A DNA stretch of 64,000 nucleotides. It comes from Raillietiella orientalis. Lineage: Eukaryota. Every line of letters starts with the position of its first letter. Position 1 is the first letter of the stretch. The position numbers and the translations under genes were made by a program. Under the pieces are notes generated by a model. The model did not search any database. It saw nothing but the letters and a program-made list of their open reading frames with translations, and was not told the origin of the DNA. Where the stretch lies: contig JAYWIR010000011.1 of assembly GCA_036172245.1 (NCBI GenBank), positions 2,232,001 to 2,296,000 of the forward strand. The letters are read 5' to 3'. Shown here piece after piece: positions 26,159-38,600 of the stretch.

Positions 26159-29100
26159 TCAGTGATATGTCACTTGGAGAATGCTGTACCCCACCAATCC
26201 CGCAGGGAGATGCATGTTTCCCTTATTGAACAAAGATGTCGTAGGATATGTTGCCTTATCCACGGTCAGCCCGTTCTTGTCTCCTGAAGCTGGATCTGAA
26301 ACCAAAAAAAAAATCACATCACCATCGGACCAGACATCGCTGTATTTGCCACAAGGAAGCCCAAATGTTTCTCGGGGAAAGAACAGAAGGGATAAATTGG
26401 GGCTTGGGATTTCAATTTGCGAAGGCGTGGCCCTTCGCTAAACGATCCGCCACATGAAACCACAGGTGCAGCGGCAAAAGGAGACGAACACTCCCCATGA
26501 TTGGTCCGCGCGGCGTCGGGCCCCGTAACCGTGGATACCGGTGTTCGAGTTCGATAACGAGCACGCGCCGTGACGTCAGCATCGGTAATTAATGCAGAGC
26601 GCGGCATTTGTGCGGTTCGCCCCGCACCGAATGCGTACCCTTGGCAACGGACGTGCCGGCTGGAACACGCAAACGGCTTCCGACCCTTTGATTTTACCTG
26701 CGGATCCCGGATTGGATTCGATCGGCAGATGGAGTGCCTGGGGGTAGGGCGACGGCTCGGCACGTGGGGACGAGGGCTGGCTGACAACGGAAGGGACTTT
26801 CTGGTTTCTGCGCACGTCGCCCCACGAGCCCCTGCCGTGGAAGCAGCACCGTTGCAAGACTTGCAGGAAGCCCGCGTGTGGCTAGGCGGCAGCACTCCCG
26901 CCCGCTTGCGACGCCGTGCAGAAATGCATGGCCACGGCGGGGGCGATGGGGCTCGCGGAGGCGGCTCAAGCAGTGGCCGGCGGGCGACCACCCCGAAGAG
27001 CGGAGGGAGAAGCGAGGAAAGGCTGGATCGGTCCGAAACGATTGGTCGCGTCGTGAAGGGTGGTAGGTGGCGCGAAACCTGCCCTGGGGTCAGCTGCCCG
27101 CGGCAGCGACCTTTTTCGGCGGCCCGTCTGCGGAATCCATCAGCCGCAGCTCCCCGCGGGCGGCGCACGCGCCCACGAAGATCTGCTCTTCGAGCGAGGC
27201 TTCCGGAAATCCCCGCCAGTCTTCGGCTTCAGAACGCCGCCGTCCCCCCCCCCCCTTCCTTGGTTTGCTCTTCCTGCCGCGCTCGAGCCTGGGATGCTCT
27301 GGAGTCATGGGAACACGTGCGCGAATGTCGTCGCGCGCCATAGGCAGCATCGCAAGGCGAGCAGGAAAAAGAACGGGTTCCCGGAGCTCCCTTCCTGCGC
27401 TCGAGCGGAGTCCTTCCCCGAGGAGACGTTCCTCTCCCTCGAGCAAGGGGAGCGGGCGGAGGGGTGCGCGCGGCACGCGACTGCCGACGGCGGGAGCCCC
27501 TCGCGGTCACGCGGGAGACTCCGGGAGAGTTTACCGGCGTCGCGGAGCCGTGAAGAGCGCGCGCGCGGCCAGTGGGCAAGGGAGGTACGGTGGGAATTCT
27601 TTCCCCGAGAAGGGAACCCTCCCGGGCTCTTCCGCTAGTTGTTCCGAGGGCGAGGCTGCGCATGAGAGAGCCGAAGCCGCAGGGAGCGCGCCCTCAGAGA
27701 AGAGGCTCCTCCCACTCGGGGGGCAAGAGAGGCGCTGCAGCGGATTCACGGCACCGCGCCCTCCTCCCCCGCAGCAGCTCCGCCTCCCGGAAGGAGGGGT
27801 TCTCTTTTTCCCTTTTCCTTCCCTGCCCAGGAACGGAAGGAGGGAGAAGCAGCAGCGGCGGGCGACCCCCCTCCTCTTCCCACCTTTCCTCATCACCCTC
27901 CCCCCCAACCAAGGCGAGAGGATCACTCACGCTGGCAGGAGTTGTAGGGACCGCGCCCTCTCCTCGCCCTCTGCGTCCGATGGTTCTTGACGAGGAAGAA
28001 GAGGACCAAAGCGCAGCTTCCGCAGAGGACCAGCAGGAGGCTGGCAGAGACGATGGCCAGCAGGGGCACCTCCATGCTGAGCAGCCTTCCCAGAGGCCCC
28101 GAGTCTGCTCCGGAAAAAGCAACAGCGAGGGATCGGTCTCTCTCCCTTCCCCTCCCCCCTACCTGGGCAGTCCGCTTGCGCGTCCTCGTCGCTCCCGTCG
28201 TCGCAGTGGTCCACGCCGTCGCAAGTGAGGTCCCTGCTGATGCAGAACTCGTTCTTGCAGGAGTACTCGAGGCATGCGTGCTCTGGAAGGGGGGGGGGGA
28301 ATCAAGTCAAGAACGCCGGCGGTGGCAACGTCGCACCCCCCGGAGGGCCCTGTGAGACTTCCCAAAGAGCCTTCCGGGCGTGCCGGCAATGACTGACTGC
28401 CCGCACTCGGCCTAGCCCGGCATCTCCCCGACGCGCCGGCGGGCAGCCACCGGAGAGAGCGCTCTCCCTCCCCCTGCCCTCAAGGGAGGCGCTGAGCACG
28501 AGTGCGCGCAGAGATGCCAGCCGAAGGAAGGATCTCCGGAGGGGCCTCAAGCGCCGAGGTCGCGTCGCTTGGCGACGAGGGCGTGAGCTCCCGGTCCTGC
28601 CTCTCTGTGAGCACCCTCCAAGCCTGCGTGGCCGCTCGGAGCCCTCGTCCAGCCTTCAGCCTCCTCCAAGAACCCGAGGGTGCAGTGCCACGCGTGACCT
28701 GCTCGCACGTTCGCAGATGGCGGACGGGTCACTCCCTGACGGTCCCGGAGCGATGTCCTGCCGCCGCCATCGGCGCGAGGCTCACCTATCTAGGTGCGAG
28801 GCCTCTCCGACCTTCCACGACCCTCCGAAGGAGGCTCCGGAGTTGGTACGAATCCCCTACCGGATTTTCTCCCTCCCGTGGTCACGGTGTGACCCCCGAC
28901 TCGCTGGAGATGGGTCCCCTGACCTTGGCGCGGTGATCCCCTACAGCGTCTCCAGTTGGTCCGAGGAATTACACCTGATTTTCGGGACCCCTCAGGAGAT
29001 GGCGGCCGACCCTGCGGCCGCTCTCGAGGAGCCATGTCCTCGGTCTTTCCCCGCGTCCCGCTCCGCCCCCGGCGGCGGCGGCAGCACAGCAGCGAACAGA

Positions 29101-32100
29101 CCGTGGAAGGTCGGGCCGAGCAGACGAGGACAGGGGCGGCAGCAGCTCGAACCCAAGGTCGAGCGATGACCCTAGCGATGTCCTCGGAGGCCCCCAGGGA
29201 TTTGAGTTAGGACGCGCACGTGAGACAGAAGCGCCTACGTGTGGTCGGCCCCGCGGGTCAGAGGGACAGCCAGGAGCGACGTGTCCAGAGGGAGGTTCCC
29301 TCCGCAGGGGAACGCCCGAAATCCGGGCGCTTCCACGCCCCTGAGTCCGGAAGATCCGCTCGCCGGTCGGCACCGCAGGGAAGGCCGGTCTCCCTGTAAC
29401 GCGCGCGTCGTGAAATTGGAGGATGCTGTTCGGGGATCTGCGACAGGAGTGCAGCAGAGGTCCCGGAGAGCTCTGCCTTGAAGGGGGAGCGCTCTGACGT
29501 CCCGCGACTGTCCCCCACCCCCACCCACCTCCTCCAGAGGCCGCCATCCCGCGGCGAGCGCTAGCAGACGGAGGAACAAGCGAGCTGGTCAGAAACTCCC
29601 GCGCGGTCGAGCCACCCTCTCATGCTTCAGGGCGGGGCAGCAGCCCTTGACCCGTGTCCTCTTCCCTCCTCCCTGCACGCCACAGCTCCTTTTCCATTCG
29701 GGGAGTGCATGTCGGGGAACCCCGCCCGGTCAGCGGCGCGCGAGCGCCTTGAGGCTCCTCCCGACAGCGCGTGCGACGAGTCCGACCCGGGAGAGAGGCA
29801 ATCAGGATGCTTCCAAGACGCCGCGGCCGCGCCCACTCACTGATGTCCTTGAAGGCCGTGATGACCAGCCGGAAACCGTTGCTGTCCAACCCCCAGGAAT
29901 CCGTGACGTACTTGAAAGTGACGTAGTTGAAGTTGGTGTACGTCACTCCGATCGACTCCTTCGAGCTGCGGCAGGACAGGTCGTACTGAAACAGAAAGGC
30001 GCCGGTGGTTGGCTGTATCCTCCCTACCCCCACCCCCTTGCCCCCCGGGTGCCGCAGTGCTCGGCGGGGTGCAGCCGGGCGGCCGCTATATTCTTCCCGT
30101 CGCTCTCTCGCTGCGGCCGCGCAGTTTACCGGAACGGCTCGCCAACTTCCTGAATCGGTCTCGGTGGGCCCCGCGCGCGACCTCGCAGTCGCGCGGTTCT
30201 GCTCCCATCCCAAACGAGCGCGCCAATGCGCAACCAACCGGCGTGGTTCCCTTCTTCCGCTCGGTTTGTGTCTTCCCGGGGTAGACGGAGAGGACACCCT
30301 CGGGATCAAGCGAGGAACCGTGGCGTCTTCCTTCCTCCCGGGAACGGGGGGGGAGGGGAAGCGAAGCGGAGGGAAGACTCCAGCGGGCGGGAGTCCACCT
30401 GTCCTCAGGCAGGCCCTTCCCGGAGTCCGTCCATGGTCCGACCGCTCGAAGGCGCTGGAAGAAACTCGCCACTGCGTGTTTTTCTTCCGGCCAGTCTTCC
30501 GCAGTCCACTTTGTCTTCTGCGGTCCGCTTTTCTCTTGTCGAGCAGGCGGAGGCACGCATGATGCCGAGGAAGAAAAAGAAGGGTCGCCAGCATCGCGCA
30601 TTCACGGCGGACAGTGCGGAAGTGCGCGGCACCGTTTCCGGTGCGGACTCCAGGCAAGCTGCAGAGCGCGCGGGTGCGGACCGCAGTCAGCGGATGGAAT
30701 GGTGGGATCGCGAGGGACACGCGCGCCACAACTTCGGGCGGCGGCGGCGGCCCCAGCGGACGGCACCTCTGGCGAAGCAGCTAGGCGGTTGATTGACCTT
30801 CCGCCTGATCAGCGCGGGGGGTCCTCTGGTCCTCGTCGTCGACGCGAGGCTTCCAGGATCAGCTCCACAAGGGCGGGGAAGCGGAAGTGCACAGCCGACA
30901 GCTAGGTCGTCTCCGAACGGATGCTGGGGGCAGAGACGCGAGTCAAGAGGCAAGGCAGGAAGACGGCAAGGTCGTTCGCAAAAGTCGGTCGGAAGGAGTT
31001 CCACGGTCCGTCCCGGCTCTCCAGCCGTGAACAGGGGCGCGGGCGAGAACGCGTTCCGCTGAGTGACGATAGGCAAAGAGCATGCCCATTCCACCCACCC
31101 ACTCAGCCGCAGCGTAACCGGAGCATCGTGAATGCTTTCGTCGTCGTGGAAACGCCCCGGGGCGAGCACTCTCTACGGATGACTGCCTTCTCCTCCCCAT
31201 TCACGAAAGTTGCCTGCTGCTCGCCAACTCGCGCACTCAAGGACCGCCTGGCGCACGCGGGGCACACCACTTTCGAAGGCAGAGCAAACTCCCACGCGCC
31301 AGAGTTGGTGCGACCTCCCTGCTGACTTATCCTAGAATCCGAGGAGCCGTGGGACCCGTTCGCTGCTGCAGATCGAGCTCCGTTCGAGACACGGAAGTGA
31401 CCGCGGCAAACGCACGCGACCATGGTAGGTGGGAAACGCGCGGGCTTTTCGTCGGAATGCGTGGATTCGCTGCCTGTTCCAGGAAGGGTCTGAGCGAGAG
31501 TGACCTTGCGCGAGACGTGCATCGGAGAGGTCGCAGAGCCAGCCTCCTCGGGGTCCACTTTGTGGTCTCCTCTCGCTTCCGTCAGGGTGACCTGACGCAC
31601 GCACGTGCGTCAGCTCACGATTCCACATCTCACGCGTGCGTGCGTGCGTTGGTGGTGCAGAGCAGACCTTCCCTCCCTCTGCTCCTCCATCCGCATTGTC
31701 CCTATCTTTGGCCAGAGCCGCAGGGAAAGCTTGAGGAAGGAGCAAAAGGTGCGGTGGGGATACTCGCGGTGCTTCGGTTGGATGCGCAAAGACTTTCATC
31801 ACGAAACCGCAGTTTCCGCGGTGCGGTCACGGATGCCCCAGGTCACCCGAGGCAGCCTTCGTTTTCCTTCTTGGCTTTGCAAAGTCTTCGACGGGGTGGA
31901 GGGGAGGGGGACGGCTCCCGTTTTGGGTTGCAGGAAGGGTCAACGGGGGGGCAGAAGGAGACCTTCCTTGCCCCTACCGCCGCGTTCTTCCACGATGCCG
32001 CAGGTCACCCCTGGCCCATATCGAGGCTTCCCTCGGGAAGCGCGAATCCTACCCGGAAGAGGAGCGACGGCGCGTGGCCGCGGGCGTGTATTCCCAGTCT

Positions 32101-35100
32101 GCTCTCTCCTCGGGGTTACGCCTGACTTCCCTTTGACTCCCGGCGGCCGCGACTGCAGATCCAGCCGTTCGTAGCAAAGATGGGTTGCCATCCGCAACGT
32201 CGCAGGGAAGAGAGAAGAGGAGAGTTGCCTCGGACCGTTCGGAGCAAGACTAACCTCTGACCGAGACGGATTGGAGGGGGAGGGGGGTGAGTCGCACGGT
32301 CGCGAGGAGGCTGGCTGTTCTTCAGGGGGGAAGCGGTTTCGGAAGGACTCCCAATGCCGGAAGATGGGGCAAGGTGGTACTGCCCCGACTGACGGGGACT
32401 GACTGTGCGTTCCCTCCCGGATGCGCAGCCGCCCACGGTCGAAGACGGTGGTGGCGCGCTCCCGAGAGGGGCGCCGCCGCACCTTCGGAGCAGTCGCCGG
32501 CTCGTCGCGGGCGGCCGCCGTGCGCTGCGGCTACGGAGTCTCGCGGGAAGCTGCCCAGGAGGCAAAGGAGGTGGCCCGCCGTCACCCTGCAGGCCGTTCC
32601 AGGGGGATGGCGGCTGCAAGAAGGCAATCGGCCATTCGAAGGCCCGCGCCGTTACTGACCAATCAGAGTGATGCAGGCCGCGGATCGGCGAGCGGAAGCG
32701 TCCGAATCGCAGATGTTCACCGAGCGGAGTGTGTGAACCGCCGCGGAAAAAGGGTTGCGTGCCGCTCTCCTTTGAGGAAACGGGCGGGCATAGAAGCCGG
32801 GGCATCCAGGGGATTCGGGGATCACTTCTCTCCTTTAATTAATGTTCCCCGGAACAAAGACGAACCTCTTTAAAAGGGACGCCGGGAGAGACTGGGCGTT
32901 GGTGTTAGCAACGAACGACTGCAGCGGACGCCCAAGAGTTCCTCGACACAGTGCAATCAGGAGACAGGAAGCGTCGCTTATGCTCAGCAACAATGAGGCT
33001 GTCAGTAGGGGCAGAAAGTCATAAACAGACGTAGGGACGGGACGGGGTTGCTGGGTACGGTGGTAGCTGCCACCTGAAGCAACTACCACCGAGTGAGGGC
33101 GCTGCGGCTGCTGCTGGCTGCACGGAGGATTCGACTGGGACTCCCAAACTCACGGGGGGAAGGCGTCGCTCCCGCCGCTCGTCCCCCGCACGATGGTGGG
33201 TCGAGGCAGGAGGAAGCCTGCGATTCGACGGGAGGAACATTCGCGAAGTGCTCCTCGAGGAGTAGCCGCGGATGGAAAATTCCGGGAGGAGTGGCGCGAT
33301 CTGTCCGGACCAGGTCTTCTCCTATGCCGGGAGAGGGGGGAACTCCGGAATTTCCCTGTTCTCCCGGTGTCCTTCCGCCAGCATTGTTTCCAACCGGAAG
33401 TGACCCGGCCTGGGTCAGGGGCAGCTGTCGGGAACGACGACCGCCGGCAGACCAGAGCGGAAAAATGGCGTCGTCGCGCGCTCCTCTCATCGGCCGCCAG
33501 ATGGCACGTTGCCATCGGCGGGAAAAACCGCCCCCGTCGCCGCCCATCATCATTTTCTGGGTGCCTCGGACCGTTCGGAGCAAGACTAACCTCTGACCGA
33601 GACGGATTGGAGGGGGAGGGGGGTGAGTCGCACGGTCGCGAGGAGGCTGGCTGTTCTTCAGGGGGGAAGCGGTTTCGGAAGGACTCCCAATGCCGGAAGA
33701 TGGGGCAAGGTGGTGGCGCGGACCCTCTGCTCTCGTCCTCGAAATTCACCCTCTCCCCCGTTGCCAGGAAAGGGGAGTGGCCTTTCGGAGGGGGGAGAGG
33801 CGCTTTTCGAGGGTGCATCGCGTCCAGTGATGAGCTTCGGGTGCTTTTACGGGGGAGCGCGGACTGGACCCGACGCGCGTGCGCACGAGATGGTCCGGCA
33901 GCCACCTGTGGACCACTTCCAGGGAGTCGAAAATCTCGTGCGCTGCACCCCGCTAGAGGGGGCGAGGAGCCGCCGGATAAAAATGGGTACGCGAGTGCAC
34001 CGGAAGGAGACGGCGCCCTTGGGGACCACGCAATGCCTGGTGGTCCGAACCCGCTTCCCCTGGCCCCCGAGGGCGCGCTCGTTTCCGAAAGCGCTGCGGC
34101 TCCTACGGTATCCGAGGTGGACAATTTCCCCTTCCGGCCTCCCCCGAGGGCACGTCTCACTCTCTCTCCACCAGAGTCACGGAACGTCTTCTGCCCCTCT
34201 GACCGAGAATGCTCCCAGCTGCCTTTTCTGCTCTCGTCCTCGAAGAGGAGCGCCCCCCTTTTCGGACTCCCCCCTAAACAGACTGCAGGGAGTGACCGAT
34301 CTGCCAGACGGTCGCGACTTCCACAGCGATGGGGAGGGGGCACGGCACTGCCGGACCCATATCCAACGTGCTGCGCGCGGCAGGCAGCAGCCCGTCTTGG
34401 ACAGGGTCCCTGGGACGCGGCGCGCAGGTCGACGGGAGGGGAGGTCAAGCGGACGAAACCCTAAAGCCCAGCTTGGACGTCGAGCCGTGCGCGCGGCTCC
34501 AGGTAACGCGGCTTTGAATCCCGCCCGGGGGAGGGTCGGTGTCAAGAAATGAAGGGGGCGGTGAGTGGGCTCCGAGTCTTCCCCGCAGGGTGACGCCGGT
34601 TGGCCTCGAGTGGCTTCGGGTAATGCCCCCGTCGACTACTCGGGGCTGGAAGTCGGCCTTGAATGCTCCTTCCGGTATCCAGGAAGTCCTTCGAGGTTCC
34701 CCTCCGTTTGTGGAAATGGAGCCGTCCTCCCTCACCTCGGCTCTGAGACCTCTCCGAGGCACCTCTTGTGAAAGGTGACTTTCGCACAGACCCTTCGCAC
34801 ACACCCCGTCCGTCTTCGTCAGCCATACCTTGGGGGGCTCGCTCTCCACGAGACGGAGACGCGACCTCGCTCGCGGCAACCGGTGACGCTCTCGTGACCG
34901 CGGGCCACAGGCTGACCGCCGCGACTTGGAACTGTCCACGACAGCGCGTCTCGATCGCGCGCGAGCGTCACTCGGGGTAGCAGATGCCTGCGGACGCGCG
35001 TGTGGGCCAAGCATACCCCTTGCGAGTGGCGCGGGAGCAGAGTCGATCCTTCGACGTCCCGGCGGCGGCGCTCCCTGAAAGTTACGCAGCTACGGTGTCG

Positions 35101-35630
35101 CTTCCCACCCTCCTCCCAAGGAGACTTCCCACCGGGCGAGGGCAAAAGTTGCCGCCGACGGCGTGCTGTCTTGGCACTCGAGAAGGAGTTCCGAGGAACC
35201 AGCGGGCTGGCCGAAGCGGCGGTGAGCGTGGCGCCGAAAAGACAAGCAGCGCTACGGCGGCGCAAGTCGGAAGTTCCTCTCCTCCCCCTGACTCTCGTTT
35301 TCCGAACAAAGCGACGACGACGAACGAATGGTCGGAGCGGCTGCTCGGCGCCTCCAGGCAGGGAGGAGAGGCCACGCATGCACAGCGGGCACGGACTGAC
35401 CTTGGCTTCTCCGTACGCGTGGTTGGCTTCGTATATGTACAGGTGGTCGTTGCAGTCCAGGTTCAGCTTGTCGAACCGAAGCATCAGCTTCTGAAGAACG
35501 GTCTCCGTCTGGAAGGTGACGATGCAGTTGAGGTTCCTCTCGTTCTGCGAGGTCAGCACGGCGCCATCGATGGTGCGGGCGATTTGGCTGAGGAAGGCTT
35601 CCTGCTTTTGGCACAGCTGAGCCATCGTAT
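26159..35630 (-). CDS. loaf: CUB-LDLa single-pass membrane protein, homolog of Drosophila lost and found (CG6024); 5'-partial
   Basis: Exons 35630-35401 (IDGAVLTSQNERNLNCIVTFQT..LRFDKLNLDCNDHLYIY), 29985-29841 (DLSCRSSK..NYVTFKYVTDSWGLDSNGFRLVITAFKD), 28282-28163 (LDLa: CKNEFCISRDLTCDGVDHCDDGSDE) and 28104-27931 (TM helix) have canonical, phase-consistent splice sites. The last exon 26295-26159 is tentative (strong poly-T acceptor, correct phase). The signal-peptide exon was not identified. Confidence 0.88.
32226..32378 (+). repeat. 153-bp perfect direct repeat, copy 1
   Basis: Identical to 33562-33714 on base-by-base reading (offset 1336). Confidence 0.95.
33562..33714 (+). repeat. 153-bp perfect direct repeat, copy 2
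   Basis: Identical to 32226-32378. Confidence 0.95.
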
Positions 35631-38600
35631 CTGGAAGAAAAGGGGGAGCTGTAGCAGCAGCAACAGCAGACGGACTCGTCCGGAGTCACCGACGTATCGC
35701 ACTCGCGGTCCTGGCTGCCCGCCCGCTCCGCGGCTTCCCGCGGTCGTCCTCCTGGCCTTGTCGCTCTGGGGCGCCACCCTCCCTGAAGAGGAAGACCGGA
35801 GGCGGGGAGGTCCCTACGGAAGCCCGGAAGCAGAAGATTTACTCGGGACGGGGGGCTTCCGCCTGATGCGACCGGGAGAGCGGGTGAGGGGGATTACAGT
35901 GGCGCCTCCGAGAGGCGGGCGCTGCTCGTGACCGGCGGCGCGCTGACGGGAACGCGCGCGCGGCTTCCCGGGAGTATCCCGCCGGTGGAGGGATGACCCG
36001 CCAAGGGAGGGCGACACGCGAGGCACCATTCAGGCAGTCGATGGCAGTGGCGCCCGAGCAGCAGGTGGGGCGGGGCGCCTCCTCGCATCAGTCCTGCGGG
36101 AGCGCCCCTCCGGGGCAGAGGAACCTCTGCCCTCTTTCCCGATTTCTCCCCTCTCGGGAATGGGGTCGCTTGCTCTGAGATACCCCGAGGGATGCCTCCG
36201 GGATGCGCGGAGGGCCACGAGTTCTCGGGACCGTCGGCATGCGAAGGGGAGACCGCTGGATACCTCAGGCGAGCGCCCCCGCAGGGTGGGCCTTGAGAGG
36301 ATGCCTGGTTTGACTCCTGAGAGGTGGAAGGCGGAGCTCTGCTGGAGGAGAGCGGCCAGGGACTCTTCGCGCCTGCAGGCCGCAGCATCCGGGCAGGTGA
36401 GGGCCCCGGGGTGCGGGAGAAGACGAGGCTGCCCTCGAACCGGCGTCGCCGCTGGAGGCATCTCAGGAGCGAAGTGGTGCGCGAGAGCTGCCCACGTCGG
36501 GTACCCACCGTAAGGAGGCGGAGACCTGTGGCAGCGCGCGCGAGGCAGCAAAGAGCACCGCCGCAGACGTGGCTCGGCGGACGCAACGGAGGGATCGAGG
36601 GATCGGCGTCGACGCGTCTCCACGGAGATGCGTCGACGGGGGTGCGAACGTGCGACGGAAGGCCGCCTCTTCCTCCACAGCGAGACCCCTCTTCCTCGGG
36701 CAGGACAGATGTCCCGCCCGAGGACGGTGGTCCAGCAGGACGCTGAGGCCGTTGTCGTCGCAGCACGGTGCAGGCGCCGCCAGCGAATGCGGATCCGGGG
36801 GATTTTCTGCGCTGCAGGTGGGACAGGCCAAGGTCACGATCGGTGACCACCGCCTGCAGACACCTCGCGTGCATCCTGCGACCGGCACTCGGGAGCCTCG
36901 GGGAGGAGCGACCGTGGTCGTGAGCAGCGTTGCGGAAGACTGAGCGGCTCAAGTCGGAAGCTCAGCGCTGTGAACTCGAGGACGAGCGCTGATTGCGAAG
37001 CGCCCGGGGCTCACTGGCGGAACACGGTGGGTGTTCTTGAGCGCTCTGGATGCCTCAGCCCCGAGGAAGACCTCGACCCACAATGGGGAGGAGGGGGGCT
37101 GCAGTCCAGAACCAGAAGGCAGGCGCAAGAGAGGGGGAACGCACACGCAACGCTTCTTGCCCGTGGCAAGCGATCCTCAGGGGAGGAGTCCGGTCTGCTC
37201 GTTGGCTGGCAAGAACGAGTGCCGAGTAGAAGAGTTTCCTTCTCTGGCACGAGCGCCACGGGGGCGTCTTCCGGCCTCGCCCGTGGCGCGCTCGCGGCTC
37301 CAGGGCAAGAAGCAACTCGGCAGGAAACGCGCGGTCATGCGCTCGCATCGGATAGGCTGGAGCCCCCTTCCCTCTCCCGAGCCACTGCACTGGCGTGGCT
37401 CGAGTGTGGTCGCCGGGAGGCGGGCCGCACCGGCGGTACCAGTTCCTCCTGGACATTAAGGATACTGAGGCGTGGGAGATCAGGAAGCCGGAGAGGCGCA
37501 AGCTGATGAGGAAGTGGACTCGCAGAGACCTCCCGGAGTCCGCTCGTTCTGGGAACAGATCCCAGAGGGGGACGCCGGTCTGGGTGCTCAGCGGAGAGGC
37601 AGACGGCTCGCGTCCCTGCGGATCGCCAGCGCCGCTCTGGAGGAGGCACGGAGAGAGCAGGCACCGAAAGTTGGTTCCCTTGTCCGCCGCTAGAGAGGGG
37701 AACTTGCACCTGCGGTGGCGACGCGGCGCCAGTGAGCCGGAGGCGTCGCAGGGAGGTGCGAGGGACGCAGCAGGACGAGAGAAGGAGGCGCAGCAGCGCC
37801 GGGAACAGCAAGGAAGGCCTGAGGGAGGAAGAGCAAGGATCGATGGCGGTGGAGCTCCAGGTCCACTTTGCTTCCGGAAGTCTCCCGCTGCGGCGACAGG
37901 GAGGCGCGAAGGCGGCACAGGGCTGGAGTGGCTGGGAGCGGAGGCGCAGCGTCTCCCGGGAGGGCATCGCTCCGCGGCCCCATCGTTGGGGAGGGTGCCC
38001 GCCCCTCCGTACTCCAAAGAGGAACCGAGGGAAGGTCGCCCGGCGGACAAACGAAAATGGCGCCTCCCCCCTCCCCCCCTTCTGCGCGAAGGGGAGGGAA
38101 CTGCAGATCTGCTCCTGCGCGCGCTGCGCCCGACGGGATGATGGGCGACGGGGCGGATGGGGCTGTCACGCACCAAAAGGCCAACCCCCCTGCTCCCGAT
38201 GAATGGGAGACGCCGCTCCGCGCCCCTTCGATGATTCCGACAGGTCGCGAGTGCGCTCCCCGCTGCCGCTCCCGTCTCCCACGCCGGGAGTGCCGCTCCG
38301 CCCGGCGAGCCGGGAGAAATTGATCCGTCGGACGGACGCTGCCGGGAGCGAGCAGCCCGCGCGGCGGGAGGGCGTGCCGCGTCCAGGAGCAGCCGCTCGC
38401 CTCCGGAACCGAAAGCGGGCGGAGGTGCGCGCGCACGGACTCCCCGGAAGGGGTGAGTGCGTCCGTCAGGCGAGGGTGCACTGCCCGGAAGGAGGCAACG
38501 AGCACGGTAGCGAAAAGGCAACGAAGAGAGATGCGCTTCCTCCCCCCACTCCTCCCCCTGCACAACGCACACGCGAGGGAAAGGGGGGCAGGGGCCAAGA

